This document shows positions 1 to 13,699 of a stretch of 64,000 nt of DNA, one piece after another (position 1 is the first letter of the stretch; each line of letters opens with the position of its first letter). A program made the position numbers and the translations under genes. Below the pieces are notes generated by a model. It searched no databases. It was given only the letters and a program-made list of their open reading frames with translations, and had not been told where the DNA came from. The DNA is from Leucoraja erinacea (Eukaryota), in assembly GCF_028641065.1 (NCBI RefSeq), contig NC_073394.1, forward strand, positions 20,150,001 through 20,214,000. The letters run 5' to 3'.

Positions 1-1833
1 TAGAAAATAGGTGCAGGAGTAGGCCATTCGGCCCTTCGAGCCTGCACCGCCATTCAATATGATCATGGCTGATCATCCAACTCAGTATCCCGTTCCTGCC
101 TTCTCTCCGTACCCCCTGATCCCTTTAGCCACAAGGGCCACATCTAACACCCTCTTAAATATAGCCAATGAACTGGCCTCAACTACCTTCTGCGGCAGAG
201 AATTCCAGAGATTCACCACTCTCTGTGAAAAAGGTTTTCCTCATCTCAGCCCTAAAAGATTTCCCCCTTATCCTTAAACTTTGACCCCTTGTTCTGGACT
301 TCCCCAACATCGGGAACAATCTTCCTGCATCAAGCCTGTCCAACCCCTTAAGAATTTTGTAAGTTTCTATAAGATCCCCCCTCAATCTTCTAAATTCTAG
401 CGAGTGCAAACCGAGTCTATCCAGTCTTTCTTCATATGAAAGTCCTGACATCCCAGGAATCAGTCTGGTGAACCTTCTCTGTACTCCCTCTATGGCAAGA
501 ATGTCTTTCCTCGGATTAGGAGACCAAAACTGTACGCAATACTCCAGGTGTGGTCTCACCAAGACCCTGTACAACTGCAGTAGAACCTTCCTGCTCCTAT
601 ACTCAAATCCTTTTGCTATGAATGCTAACATACCATTCGCCTTCTTCACTGCCTGCTGCACCTGCATGCCTACTTTTATTGAGTGGTGTACCATGACACC
701 CAGGTCTCGTTGCATCTCCTCCTTTCCTAATCGGCCACCATTCAGATAATAATCTACTTTCCTGTTTTTGCCACCAAAGTGGATAACCTCACATTTGTCC
801 ACATTATTCTGCATCTGCCATGCATTTGCCCACTCACCCAGCCTATCCAAGTCACCTTGCAGCCTCCTAGCATCCTCCTCACAGCTAACAGCTTTGTGTC
901 ATCCGCAAACTTGGAGATGTTGCATTAAATTCCCTCATCCAAATCATTAATATATATCGTAAATAGCTGGGGTCCCAGAACTGAGCCTTGCGGTACCCAA
1001 CAAGTCACTGCCTGCCATTGTGAAAAGGACCCGTTTACTCCTACTCTTTGCTTCCTGTCTGCCAACCAGTTCTCTATCCACATCAATACTGAACCCCCAA
1101 TACCGTGTGCTTTAAGTTTGTATACTAATCTCTTATGTGGGACCTTGTTGAAAGCCTTCTGAAAATCCAGATATAACACATCCACTGGTTCTCCCTTATC
1201 CACTCTACTAGTTACATCCTCGAAAAATTCTATAAGATTCGTCAGACATGATTTACCCTTCATAAATCCATGCTGACTTTGTCCAATGAATTCACCACTT
1301 TCCAAATGTGCTGCTATCCCATCTTTAATAACTGATTCTAGCAGTTTCCCCACTACCGACGTTAGACTAACTGGTCTGTAATTCCCCGTTTTCTCTCTCC
1401 CTCCCTTTTTAAAAAGTGGTGTTACATTAGCTACCCTCCAATCCTCAGGAACTACTCCAGAATCTAAAGAATTTTGAAAAATTATCACTAATGCATCCAC
1501 TATTTCTGGGGCTACTTCCTTAAGTACTCTGGGATGCAGCCTATCTGGCCCTGGGGATTTATCGGCCTTTAATCCATTCAATTTACCTAACACCACTTCC
1601 CGGCTAACCTGGATTTCACTCAGTTCCTCCATCTCATTTGAGCCCCGGTCCCCTGCTATTTCCGGCAGATTTTTTATGTCTTCCTTAGTGAAGACAGAAC
1701 CAAAGTAGTTATTTAATTGGTCTGCCATGTCCTTGTTCCCTATGATCAATTCACCCGTTTCTGACTGCAAGGGACCTACATTTGTTTTAACTAATCTTTT
1801 TCTCTTCACATATCTATAAAAGCTTTTGCAGTC
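1..1833 (-). mobile_element. CR1 LINE, 5'-truncated (RT domain and 3' end)
   Basis: ORFs 925-1923 and 179-850 give CR1 ORF2 motifs ([45 protein letters not shown]); near-identical to the copy at 40117-42523. Confidence 0.95.
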
Positions 1834-2220
1834 TCTCATCATTATTATTAATAAAATATAAGTAATAATGTTGATTCTGACATAAATGACAATTAATATA
1901 TAATTGCTTGCTTTCTCTTGCACCGCTGGTTCGTTGACACTCTACAATGAAATAGAAAACAAGTACTGATAAATAGATGATGTTTTCAGGATATTTAGTT
2001 TCTTTAAAATCTAAACAAAAACCTCTGACATTACACAACAGTCACAAACCTGCAAGGCAGCACTTGGACTGACACCAAGAGGAGAGAATGACCTAGATGT
2101 GTTTTAGCAGCCAGACATGGATAGCAGAGGATTTTGAAGGGTGGAAGATGGAGCAAGACTCAACAACAGCTGATGCATGAGCTGGTACTCCAAAGCACCA
2201 ACTTGTGGCAGTGACACATT

Positions 2221-2580
2221 AAAAGACACAAAATGCTGGAGCAACTCAGCGAAACAGGCAGCATCTCTGGATAGAAGGAATGTTTTGGGTCGAGATCCTT
2301 CTTCACATTGAGAGTCAGGGGAGAGGGAGTCTAGAGATATAGAAGGGTAAGGTGTGAAAATGACGGATCAAAGCAGATGATGCTAAGAAAGTGTGGAATG
2401 GTTTATTGTTAGCTGTGGGGAAGGCGACAACGTGGCATGCAATCATTAATATTTTATCAGGAGGACAGTGGAACTAGTTGGAGAACTAGGATGGGTGAGG
2501 GAAGGTGAGAGAGGGAAACCAATGGTTACGAAGTTAGAGGAATCAATATTCATACCACTTGGTTGTAAGCTGGCCAAGCT
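2221..2580 (-). mobile_element. Degenerate Penelope-like element 3' fragment
   Basis: Similar to the terminal region of the Penelope copies at 27094-27655 and 54563-57150. Confidence 0.6.
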
Positions 2581-2796
2581 GGTCTTGATTAGTCTCTGCT
2601 AACATGTCTTCTGTAGGTATTGTGAACAACAGATGACATGAACGTAAAGATATGCCTCACAACCTTTAAAAACTGCTTCGCAGCTGTCACCTGTGCTGCA
2701 AAATCCAGCCACGGGGCAAGCAGAGAAAGGGAATAGAACTAGAGAAGTTAGGTGACATATACAAAATAACCCTTTACCTTGTCCATCCTCCCTCAG

Positions 2797-3036
2797 AGTG
2801 CAACTCATTGAACAGTCTGGTGTCGGAAGCATTCATTCGGTACTTTGTGGAAACTATAGGCCATTATTCATTGTTTTTGACCCAAAATGAGAGGAATGAA
2901 CGGATATTCCAGAGAGAAGCTTTCCGCAAGTCAGTGGCTTCCAAGAGCATCCGCCGTTTTCTTGAGGTCTTCATGGAGTCACAAATGTTTGCTGGATTCA
3001 TACAAGACCGAGAACTGCGAAAGTGCAGAGCTAAAG
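2797..3036 (+). CDS. DENND2B: DENN domain-containing 2B (ST5), third-to-last coding exon (dDENN region)
   Basis: cctcag acceptor, AAG|gtag donor; encodes ECNSLNSLVSEAFIRYFVETIGHYSLF...FMESQMFAGFIQDRELRKCRAK, matching the ST5 C-terminus. Confidence 0.95.
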
Positions 3037-3250
3037 GTAGAACTGAACTTTTGTGTTTTTGTGTTCTTATGACTGTTGGCAGATCAATTTCCCTTCTGGG
3101 ATAAATAAAGTTTATAAGCTCGTATCGTAAGCTCCAAAGGCACAATATCACCTCCGCGTACTTCTCTATTAAACATTGCAGAGTTGCTTCTTTTAACCTA
3201 CCAACACCAATGGTTTAATGCAAAATATGACAGTATTGAAAATTTATCAG

Positions 3251-3422
3251 TTATCATGACATTTGTGTTTTTTTTCCTCTTTCTCTCTTACTTCCTATCT
3301 TTAAAAAAAAAACTAGAAGCAGAACCAATCCACAATTGATAATATTAATAATGTACGACTGATATACATGAAATGTTTATAATATGTGTTTGCTTCTAAT
3401 AAAAATATTTAAAAAAAAAAAA
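3251..3422 (+). mobile_element. Short poly(A)-tailed retroposed insert with 13-bp TSD
   Basis: GAAAATTTATCAG at 3238-3250 and 3423-3435; AATAAA near 3398 followed by an A tail. Confidence 0.75.
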
Positions 3423-3749
3423 GAAAATTTATCAGATCAAATTGCAGCTCTGCTGAATGACCACTCTTTCACTGCAGTAATCACTCAAGATGCTTTTATT
3501 GAATAGAACCCAAATTGGAAACTGTGGCGGTCCCTGGGGGTTAGGCCACTCCTTGGGTCATCCCCCTCAGCTCTTGAGGGACAGGGGCGATTGTCTGGCC
3601 ACGGGGTTTCCCGGGGGCTGCTCACGGGTGTTCTGTGTGTTTGCCATGATTCATTAAATTACTTCTGAACCTGCCTGGTGACTGGCCTTTTCCTGACCTC
3701 ATCCAGGCCACTACAAAACCACAATTTATTGTATAAACTGGTAATATTT

Positions 3750-4197
3750 AAGTAAGCAAGTTTATTGGCCAAGTATTCACATACAAGGAATTTGCCTTGG
3801 TGCTCCGCCCACAAGTAACAACATGACATACATGAGTTATGAATCACAAGTAACAACAATAACATGAGTTATGAATGACTCAGAAAACACTAAACATTAA
3901 TAATAATAAAACATTAATGATAAAACACAATTGATCAAGCATGTGAACCAACAAAATACCAGACCAAAGGGAGGCTACAGATTTTTGGCTGTTAAGTAGA
4001 GCAACTACTCGGGGATAAAAACTGTTTTTATGTCTGGCTGTGGCAGCTTTGGCAATCCGGAGTCGCCTTCCAGAGGAAAGTGATTCAAAGAGTTTGTGGC
4101 CAGGGTGAGAGGGGTCAGAGATGATCTTGCCCACTCGCTTCCTGGCCCTTGCAGTGTACAGTTCATCAATGGAGGGAAGGTTGCAGCCAATAACCTT
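3750..4197 (-). mobile_element. Rex1/Babar-type LINE 3' fragment
   Basis: ORF 3880-4134 (IISDPSHPGHKLFESLSSGRRLR...KNSFYP) is the Rex1-type ORF C-terminus. Confidence 0.75.
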
Positions 4198-4986
4198 ACG
4201 TCATCTGAAGTACACCAAAATTGCTAATATCAATTGTCATTGCATTTCAAGTATTTAAAAAACCTCTCAACCATTTGAGTATTGTTTAAAAAAAAAAAAG
4301 GTATCCTGCACTTATCTTTCTTGACACACTTGCACTCCGTAGCAGAGACTTGGGACAACTTCATTATCCCATTTCAAGTAGCAGGTACTTTCAATATTTG
4401 ACCCAGTGAATAAAATATAAATATTGGAAGAGTATTTATTCAGCACACTTGCAGCAGTATCATATGTTATTAAAAATAAAAAAATAAAGAAATTCATAGT
4501 TTAGTTATATATATATATATATATATATATAAGCAGAGTGAAAATGGCTTTGGAGTTATAAAATTGGTGACCTACCATGAACTGTTTACACATACATGGG
4601 ATTCTGGAACATCTGGGTTTTTTCTGTAGCTTTGCACTGTTGCTAAGTTTATCAATTGAAGATATAAACAATTTACCCACAGAACTCACAGTGGATATGC
4701 ATAATCCATGGCAATAAATATTGATTTGTAAGATCTTTTGAGACTCTAAATGTCTCAAGGTTAATTATTTTAGCAATAATTACAGCCACCCAGGGATTGC
4801 AGACTTAAACATGGTAAACCTACTGCCAATTTAGTTTGACCAAACTCACAGTAGGAAATGTACTTTGTGTAATCAATTAAAATTTCTAATAGCGTTGATT
4901 TCTATTTTAGCAGTTGAAAGAGTGTAGGCATTTAAAGCCACATTTAAGGCCTCATTTAGTGATTTTTTAAATTCTCTACTCTATAG

Positions 4987-5073
4987 GTCTATTTGAGCAG
5001 AGAGTTGAGCAATATTTGGAGGAGCTGCCTGACACAGAACAGAGTGGAGTGAACAAATTTCTGAAAGGCCTTG
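4987..5073 (+). CDS. DENND2B: DENND2B penultimate exon
   Basis: ctatag acceptor, G|gtgag donor; GLFEQRVEQYLEELPDTEQSGVNKFLKGL, in phase with flanking exons. Confidence 0.95.
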
Positions 5074-6225
5074 GTGAGTACCTTTGCATAGGATTTCTCA
5101 ACTGCTGAGAGAACAGCAAATCTGATGCTTGAATGACACGAGGACATGGCTACAAAATGGTTTAGGAGATCAATAAATGCAATAAATCCTGAGCAGCACC
5201 AAGAATAACTGATAATCTGAAATGCACTGCCTGAAAAGATGATGGAAACATCTTTTTATTGAATAGAACCCAATTGTACCTAATTTGACACATCCCAGAC
5301 TTGCCAACACCCAACCCCAGAACTCTGTTGCCCAGTCGCTTTGATCTCATAATCAAGGCATCATTGTATGCAGCTAAGGCACTGTTCTCAGAACACCCCA
5401 GCTGAGATACAGCCTTGCCTCCTGTCAGAGTCTAATAGGTTTTTAAAATAGCTTAAAAAAAAATTACGCTTGTTTAAAATTATTAAATAATTTATTAAGA
5501 CATCAATATGGAATTAAAGACATTAAAAAAAAAAGTTCAAACATAATAATTGACCTTTCTCCACTTTGGGGATTCCCATTCGAAATGATTGTGGATTCGG
5601 AACCTACACCAGATTTGGTTGGAGTAGGAAAGCAGAGCAGGATTTCTCATTCTAATACACAATCGGGAACACAGCAACAGTGGAGTGAAATGTGCTACTG
5701 TCTATCGTTCAGCTTGTCCCTACTACTTACAACCAGTTGACCCCTGGTGGTTGCTTTAGGAATCATTAACCAGTCGGCTCAAATGTACCCAGTAATCATT
5801 TCTTGAGAGGATCTGGATAAATACTTGAGGAAAAAATATGTGCAAGGTTATGGCGATAAGAGAATGCAACTGATTGGCTGGCAGTTTTCAAGAGGCATGA
5901 AGTGATGAATGGCCTCCTGTGTTGCATGAGTCTATGAGGATATTCAGAATTTGAGCACCAGCTAGAAATTAGACGGAGCGGGAAGGGATATCAGAAACGC
6001 ATCCCAACCTCCTGTGCTCCCATGAAATGTTTACAAGGAAAACTGGGAACGGAAACAGACCAGTCACCTGCTCTTGACATCAGTTGAGAGAAGAACAAAC
6101 AATGACATCAACTTGTAAAATTTGCTGTTCTCGGTAAAACTCTGCAAATCATTTTTTTAAAATCTCGAAATAAATTGTTTTGTTTCCTGATTTACATTAC
6201 TAATGAAACTTAATGTGTCTTGCAG

Positions 6226-6260
6226 GAAATAAAATGAAATTCCTTCACAAGAAGAGTTAG
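6226..6260 (+). CDS. DENND2B: DENND2B last coding exon, followed by 3' UTR
   Basis: tgcag acceptor; GNKMKFLHKKS-stop matches the ST5 C-terminus. Confidence 0.93.
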
Positions 6261-8039
6261 TTGCATTTGTACTACGTTCATGTTACAAGGACCACTGACC
6301 ATTGCACAACAGACTCATTCGCTGACTCGTTTATTTTTGGGGGAAAAATCAATTCTGTCTTTACCATCTTCGCGAAATTTCAAAGACTGAACTATGACAA
6401 GATCAGAGGATGATCCGAAGTGGAACAAGTACATTTAGCCATGCTCATCTTTCATAGGGATTTGATTATATATTGTAAATATATTTACTGTATTTTTATT
6501 AGTATTTTATTGTCTGGGTTCAGCAGTCATTATACTGAATATCTGTAACTAGTTGACTGCGACAGATTGTTGTGATGCCAGAGTGACTTATGACTTGAAG
6601 GATGAATGGTCTAACTGAGCATGTGCAAAAGATGCAGCGCATGCTGGGGATGGGGTGGGAAACTTTCTTCATATGATTTACAATTTGATTATTTTTCTGG
6701 TGTGATTATGGAGAGAATGTACGATTCTATCAACTTGGAAATATTTTGTCGCTGAACGCCATGAAAAACAATGAACTATCGTCTTTTCTCTTGCTGTAGT
6801 TGTGGAGTTGAGATTGTATCCATTTTGGCTCTCTTTTCTGCATTTTGGAAACAAAATGTGATAAAGTTACACTGAAAATACTTGGTACATGTTTTAATCT
6901 TGCTTGAAAATTCATGCTGCCATAGAAAGAGGCAGGTGAATGAATCACCAACTGTTTTCCATTATGTTAAGCACTGCTGTAGCTGAGTGTAATGAGAAAG
7001 ATGCAGAGGCCTTTACTATTCTGCCATTCTCATCAAGCATGACTGGGTAAGCCTTGCAGTATTTCTACGTATCGGTTTTCAAAAAAAAGAAAATTATTAG
7101 TTTTCTTAGCAATTGTTTGTCAGTTAGAAATATGACCTAAATTGCGGAATCTTTTTGAAGGTATTGTATATGTGGTGTTGGGATCAAGACATGTCAGATA
7201 AGCTCACCCTCTCAGCATTCCCAAATGAGGTAATAGTCTTCCTTTATAAGCTGTGGACATTAATGAGAATACCAGCATTTCTTGCTCAAATCTAATCTTT
7301 GACCAAATTGGGTTGCTTTGGAGTGTCATAGAGTCATACAAAACAGAAACAAGTCTGTTGGTCCAATTCCTTCATGACAACTTAGATGCTCCTTCTAAGC
7401 TACTTCCATTTGCCTGTGTTTGGTCTGTTTCAAATAAAACCTTTCCTATCCCTGAACCAGTCCAAGTGCCTTTTAAATATTGTTACTGTACCTGCCACCA
7501 CTACCCCGTGTGGTAGCTCATTCCAGATAACCACCTCCTTCCAAGTGAAAAAGTTGCTCCTTGGGTTCCTATTCTTACCCTTCTCACCTTAAACATTTGT
7601 ATTGTGGTTGTTGATTCCACGACCTTGGGTACAAAAACTCTGTGCATTCACCGTATCAATTCCCCTGATGCACCTCTATAAGATCACCCCTTTGTCGCAT
7701 ACACTCGAAGGAATAAAGTCTTAGCTTGCCCAATCTCTCCTTACAGCACTAGCCCTCAAGTCCTGGCAATATCATTTGGATGCAAGCTGTCAAACGCCTT
7801 AGGATGCAGCTCTTCGACAATAATATGGACTCTCCTCAAGACATCTTCATTAACTATCCCCACATTTTATGCTTTCTTCACAGTAAACACAAAGGAGAAA
7901 TACTCATCTCGTGTAGTACCTTACATAGATGACCGCATTAGTTTCTGAGGGGCTTTATTCTCTCTCTAATTACTCTTTATCCCATAATGTACTTGTGAAA
8001 TACAGAGTCAAAGAGTCGTACAGCATGGGAACAGTTCAG

Positions 8040-8340
8040 TTTTAGTTCAGAGCTTAGAGATGCAGCATGGAAGTAGGCCCTTCAGCCCACGCTGACCATC
8101 GCACACCTATTCACACTAGTTATATGCTATCCCCTATTCACAGCCACTCCTTATTTATTAGGAGCAATTTTACAGAGGCCAAATAACATACAAATCTACA
8201 TCTATTTGTAATGTTGGAGGAAACCCACACGATCACAATGAGAAAGTGCAAACTCCACACACACAGCACTCAAGATCAGAATCGGACTCGGGTCTCTGGC
8301 ACTGTAAGGCAGCAGCTCTACCAACTGTGTCACTGTGACC
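8040..8340 (-). mobile_element. tRNA-derived SINE (HE1/V-SINE-like)
   Basis: Reverse complement shows a tRNA-like head and the V-SINE-like core also seen at 22030 and 33754. Confidence 0.7.
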
Positions 8341-10699
8341 ATCTTAGTTCGCAGTTATCCCACTGAACCTCTTCTTGCTAGTCATTTCCTAGCTCAATAC
8401 CTCCCAATGTATGCAAGGCTATGAAATACTATCCATTAAACCCATGAAGCAAATTTCATCTACAAGAGATGTGACACCTTGCAGGTTAAAGAAACTCATT
8501 GGATTGGCACCGTGATAAATACTCACTTCTCCCCATCATTGGCTCATTATGCGTGCCATAGGTGCCATCTACAAAATAGTCAGTCATACAGCATGGAAAC
8601 AGGCCTTTTGTTCCAACTAGCCCATACAGATCAACGTCCCATCGACATTAGTCCCACCTGCCTGCGTTTGGCCAATATCCTTCTAAACCTGTCCTATCTA
8701 ATTGTTTCTGAAATGTTGCAACAGTCCCTGCCTCAACTACCACCTCTGGCAGTTCGTTCCATACTCCCACCACTCTTTGTGTGAAAAGGTTGCCCCTCAA
8801 ATTCGTATTAAAATCTTTCCCCCTTCACCTTAAACCTATGTCCTATGGTTGTCGATTCCCCTACTCTGGGCAAGTCACTCTACCCAATATCCTCTCATGA
8901 TTTTATACACCTCTCTAAGATGCACTGCAGCGACTTGAATTCTTATCTCAAGCATGTAGGCACTACCATTTAGCAGGACAAAGGGAAAGAGTACAAGGAG
9001 AAACCATCTCAACTTGCACACAATCCTGACTTGGAAATATTTCACAGTTCCTCAATTTCACTGGTTCTAAACTCTGGAACCCACTATCCCAATAACATTA
9101 TGGAATTAACTTCACCACAACAGGCCTCAAAGGTTCAGGAATGTAGCTCACCCAAAACTTATCAAAAGAATTTAGGGATTGACATAAATGTTGGTCTGGC
9201 CAATGATGTCTACATCCTATAAAATAAATGTATTGATAGCTGGAGAAACTCAGTGGTCAGGCAGCATCTGTGATGGGAAATGGACTGACGATGTTTTGGA
9301 GAAAGGGGTGGGGAGCAAGGCAGAGCATGTTTATTGGAGAGATACAGGTGAGGGGTTGATTGGCAGATGTCAGGTCGGGGAGAGAATTGAAGCCAAGATT
9401 GGAGATGATAAATGGAGACGCCAAAATGGTGCAGAATGTGAGGAAAGAATATGGAGAATTAACTATAGGACCAGTTGAAGGAATAATGGGTTGTAAGGAA
9501 TGATGAGGGTTAAGTAAAATGGGAGACTCGCAGTAGAGTGGAGTGAGAGATGAGTGGTGGAGGAGGGGCATGTAACTGGTTAACAGGGGCAGGGAGCGTG
9601 AAAGGAAAGTGGGTGTTGGGACTGGATAGATGAGAAGGGGGTGGGTTATGTGAAATTGGAGAATTCAACGTTCAGCCCCACTGGTTTATAGCTTACCCAA
9701 GCAGAATATGAGGTGCTGTTCCAGTTTGTATCCTATCTCTAACATTTATTACGAAAGATGCCAGTATGTGCACTCTCTTGTGAGCCCAATGTATTGATAG
9801 CTCTACAACTTCAGAGTCAGAATGTTGTAGGTTGTATTCCCACTCGAGAAACTGAAGCAGAAAAATCTAAGCCCTTGTTTAATGCACTATTGAGAGTCTC
9901 TTTGAGATGACACAATAAACTTAGGCCATTATTTTCTCTCTAAGGAAGAACCTCAAGTTCCCATAATACAATCTCCACGAGGATGGGCATTAGCTCCAAT
10001 GTTCTGACAAATAATCATTCAGACCAACAATATAGGATACAAGGTCATGCCACATTGCCAGGAGAACATCATCTGCCAGCCTACAATAATGATTGCACTT
10101 CAGAAGTACTTTATTAGTTGAAATGAACTAACCAAGTCTGTAAAGGTCATATATAAAATGTAAGTGCTTCCTTTATAAACTTTTATACAATTTTCTCTTC
10201 CTTGTTTCATTTTAGTTTTTGTGTTTTCCATTAAATAGATGTTTGTTCAAAACAGGAGAAAGGCAGAAGTCAGGGAATTTCACAGGTCAAATAACTTAGC
10301 AGTTATTGCAGGTCCACCATCAATATTCCGGCACACTTGGTTCCAGAGCCTTGCTGGATTATCCACTTTGCCAGACCAACAGAGGTCACAGCCTCGGGGG
10401 CCCGAAATACAAATTCAGTCATTGAAGTCGGAAATGGGAACAGACCTGCCAACTCTGGCCGGTCTGGAGTTCCAGAACACAGTCACAGGGGGTAAATTCG
10501 ACCCAACGATCTCCTCGGTAGTCCCGATGAGATCAAGACCGGCAGCATCACCTGACCTAGGCGCCATATTTTGGGGGGGACTTCAGGGGGATATTTCAAG
10601 CGTACTCTTGTCATTTTGTTCCTTTGAAAAGGTGCCGGACCTCCAGTTGCTGCAAAATCGGTGGTGGACCTGTATTACTGAGATGTAAGAGTCAGTAAT

Positions 10700-13180
10700 C
10701 AAAGAGGAAAAACTTAATCATTTAGGAAAGCTAATCATAATTAAACGTAATTGACATTATTTTTTAAAAGGCAAATCATGTTTGATGAATTTACTTCAAT
10801 TTTTTGAAGATATAAATGTGAGAATTGATAAAGGAAGCAGAGATGTCATGCATTTATATTTCCAAAGGGCATGTGACATGGGTCTGAAAGGTAAATTAGA
10901 AGCCCATGGCATTGAAGGAAGAGTATTGGACTGGATTGATACTGCCTGACTCGTAGAAAACAGAGTTTGAATAAGTGGATCATTTTCATAATGGAAGGAA
11001 GGACTTAATTAGTGGAATACCACAGGAATAATTATTGACCACTATTTAATGCCCTAGAGGAAGTAACACTAACAAAGGTTTCCACATTTGCCAATGATGT
11101 GAAAAGGATCCTGTGATTCTGCAATAGGATATAGATTGATTGAGTGAATGCAAAAACACAGGCAAATGGCATATAATGTTGGGGAGTATTACATCGTGCA
11201 TGCCAGTAATCAAAGGTCGAATGCATAATGAAGAGAGACTGGAAGTCATAGAGTATCACAGCATGGAACACGCCCTTTAGATCAACTTGTCGACCAAGAT
11301 GCCCCATCTAGGCCAGTCCACCTGCTTGTGTTTGACCCATATCCCTCTAAACTTTTTCCATCCATGTACCTGTCCAAATGTATTTTAAATGTTGTTATTG
11401 TACCTGCCACAGTGACCTCCTCTAGCAGATTAATTTAATTTGGCATCCATATTTGGCAGTCCTTCCTGACCAAAATAGACCCTTTGCTGCAACTATCCTA
11501 TCTACCTGTGACATCACTTTCAGGGAATCGTGTACCTGCACTCCTAGATCCCTCTGCTCTACAACACTCTCTAGGGCCCTGACATTCACTGAGAAGGTCC
11601 TGCACTGGCTTGACATCCCAAAATGCAACATATCGCACTTATCTGCATTAAACTTCATTAACCATTCTCAGCACACTTGCCCAACTGACAGAATTTTTGA
11701 TAACCATCTTCACTATCTACAATACCACCAACTTTAGTGTCATCTGCAAGTTTACTAATCATGCTTTGTCCATTCTCATCCAAATCGTTAATCTAAACCA
11801 CAAACAGCAGAGTCCAGCACCAATCCCCAAGGCTCCAGCTTCCCATTAATCTTTGCAGTATTGTATCCCTTCCCTCTTAGTTTTATGCTGTGTTTGACTT
11901 TCCTTGTCAGCCATTGCTGCTCCACCATCATTCGTGCTAGGGTCCCTTTCCAATCAACTTTAGCCAACTCCTTCCTCATGCCTCTACAGAGCCATTTACT
12001 CTACAGTCACCTTTACTCTACAGTAATACCAACACATCTGATTTCATCTTCTCCGCTATTTTATATATTATAGTCACTACCTCCTAAGCGTTCCTTTACC
12101 TTAAACACCCATGTATTCATGTATAGTCTTTTCTTTGACTGATAGCACACAAACAAAAGCTTTTCACTGTACCTCAGTACATGTGATAATAAACTAAACT
12201 CTTCAAACCACTGACTCCTCCAAGGATAATTTTGATCCCATCTGCTTATACCCGACCCATACCTCCTTCTTCCCAAGAGCCTCGGTTTCTCCTGTTGTCG
12301 TGTTCCTTACTCCTACCTGCCTTGCCATTCACTCTACCCACGCATCCTTTTCTAAATGTCCCTTTGCCCACAACCTACTCTAATAAACTCTTGTAAGTTC
12401 CTGTCCAATACCATCAAAGTTGACCTTGCCTCAATTTAGAACTTAGATCAGCGCTGTCCTGATCCATAACTATCTTAAAGCTAATAAAACTGTCATTGCT
12501 GGTCCCAAAGTGCTTGCACATTGACACTTAAGTCACTTGCCCTGTCCAATACCCTAATAGTAGGTCAAGCTTTGCCCTCTCCCTTGTTGAATCCTCTGTA
12601 TATTACCCGAAAGAACTTCTCTGAACCTACTTGCAAAATTCCACCCCATCTAAGGCCTTGGCATTATAGTTGTTTTCTAGGGCATGTAAATATTATGGGG
12701 GTGGTGTTGGGTGTCCTGTAAAAAATTAAGTAGGATTAAGTCCCCAGGCCTAATGGAATCTATTGTAGAATACTGTGGGAGGCAATGGAGGAGATTGTGA
12801 GGACCACAACAGAGATCTTTGTATTCTATTTATCAAAAAGTTAGGTCCAAGAAGACTGCAGAATAGACAGTGTTGGTCTTTTGTTTAAAAAGGGCAACAG
12901 GGATAATCCAGTAAATTATAGGGCAGTAAGCCTCATTTGAGTGATGGGGGAATTATTGGAGAAGATTCTTGGGATATTAGATAGTAAGCACAGCTTTGTG
13001 CGGTGGATGTCCTGCCTCACACATTTGATTAATTTTATTTTTTGAGATGGTGAGGGTGGGGCTGTGAATGTTATCTACATGAACTTTAGTTAGGAATTTG
13101 AGAAAGCCCCTCCTTTGGTAGACTGGTCAATAAGATTAAGTCACACAGGATCCACAGTAAGCTGTTAAGTTGAATTCAAA
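10700..13180. mobile_element. Cluster of old CR1 fragments in both orientations
   Basis: Degenerate RT motifs: GKSCL.NL (~10770, +), MKFNADKC (11658, -), KSPGP (~12740, +). Confidence 0.7.
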
Positions 13181-13699
13181 AGTCATAGAAGTATCAAGTA
13201 TCCTTTATTGTCATTCAGACTTTTCAGTCCGAATGAAATTTTGTGCCTTGCAGTCATAACATAGAATAAAATAACAACACACAATAAACACAGATTTAAC
13301 ATCCACCACAGTGAGCCTACCAGGCCCTCCTCACTGTGATGGAAGGCAAAAGTCTTAAAGTCCTTGTCTCTTCCCTCCTTGTTCTCCCTCTTCGTTGAGT
13401 CGATCCAGGCTTCCGATGTTGTGACCCCGCCAGGTGATGGTAAGTAAATCCAACGACTGAATCCGAGCTGCCACCCTCCAGTCCAGCGGACGAAGCTGTT
13501 GCGGGAGCTCCGGAGAACAGGTCACCAACTTGTGACCTGCGAGCTCCCGACGTTGTCGTCCACTGGGCCCCGCAGCCGAGCCTCCGAAGATGGAAGGTAG
13601 TGATTCAAGGTTTGTGATAAATTGTGTTCTGCCAATGAATATTGCCGGGAGACCTGTTCTTTGTAATCTGTTAGCAAATGACAAAAATGAGCCTAACAG

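Noticed and set aside
10239-10688. 149-aa ORF
   Set aside because: No recognisable domain or exon context; probably repeat-derived
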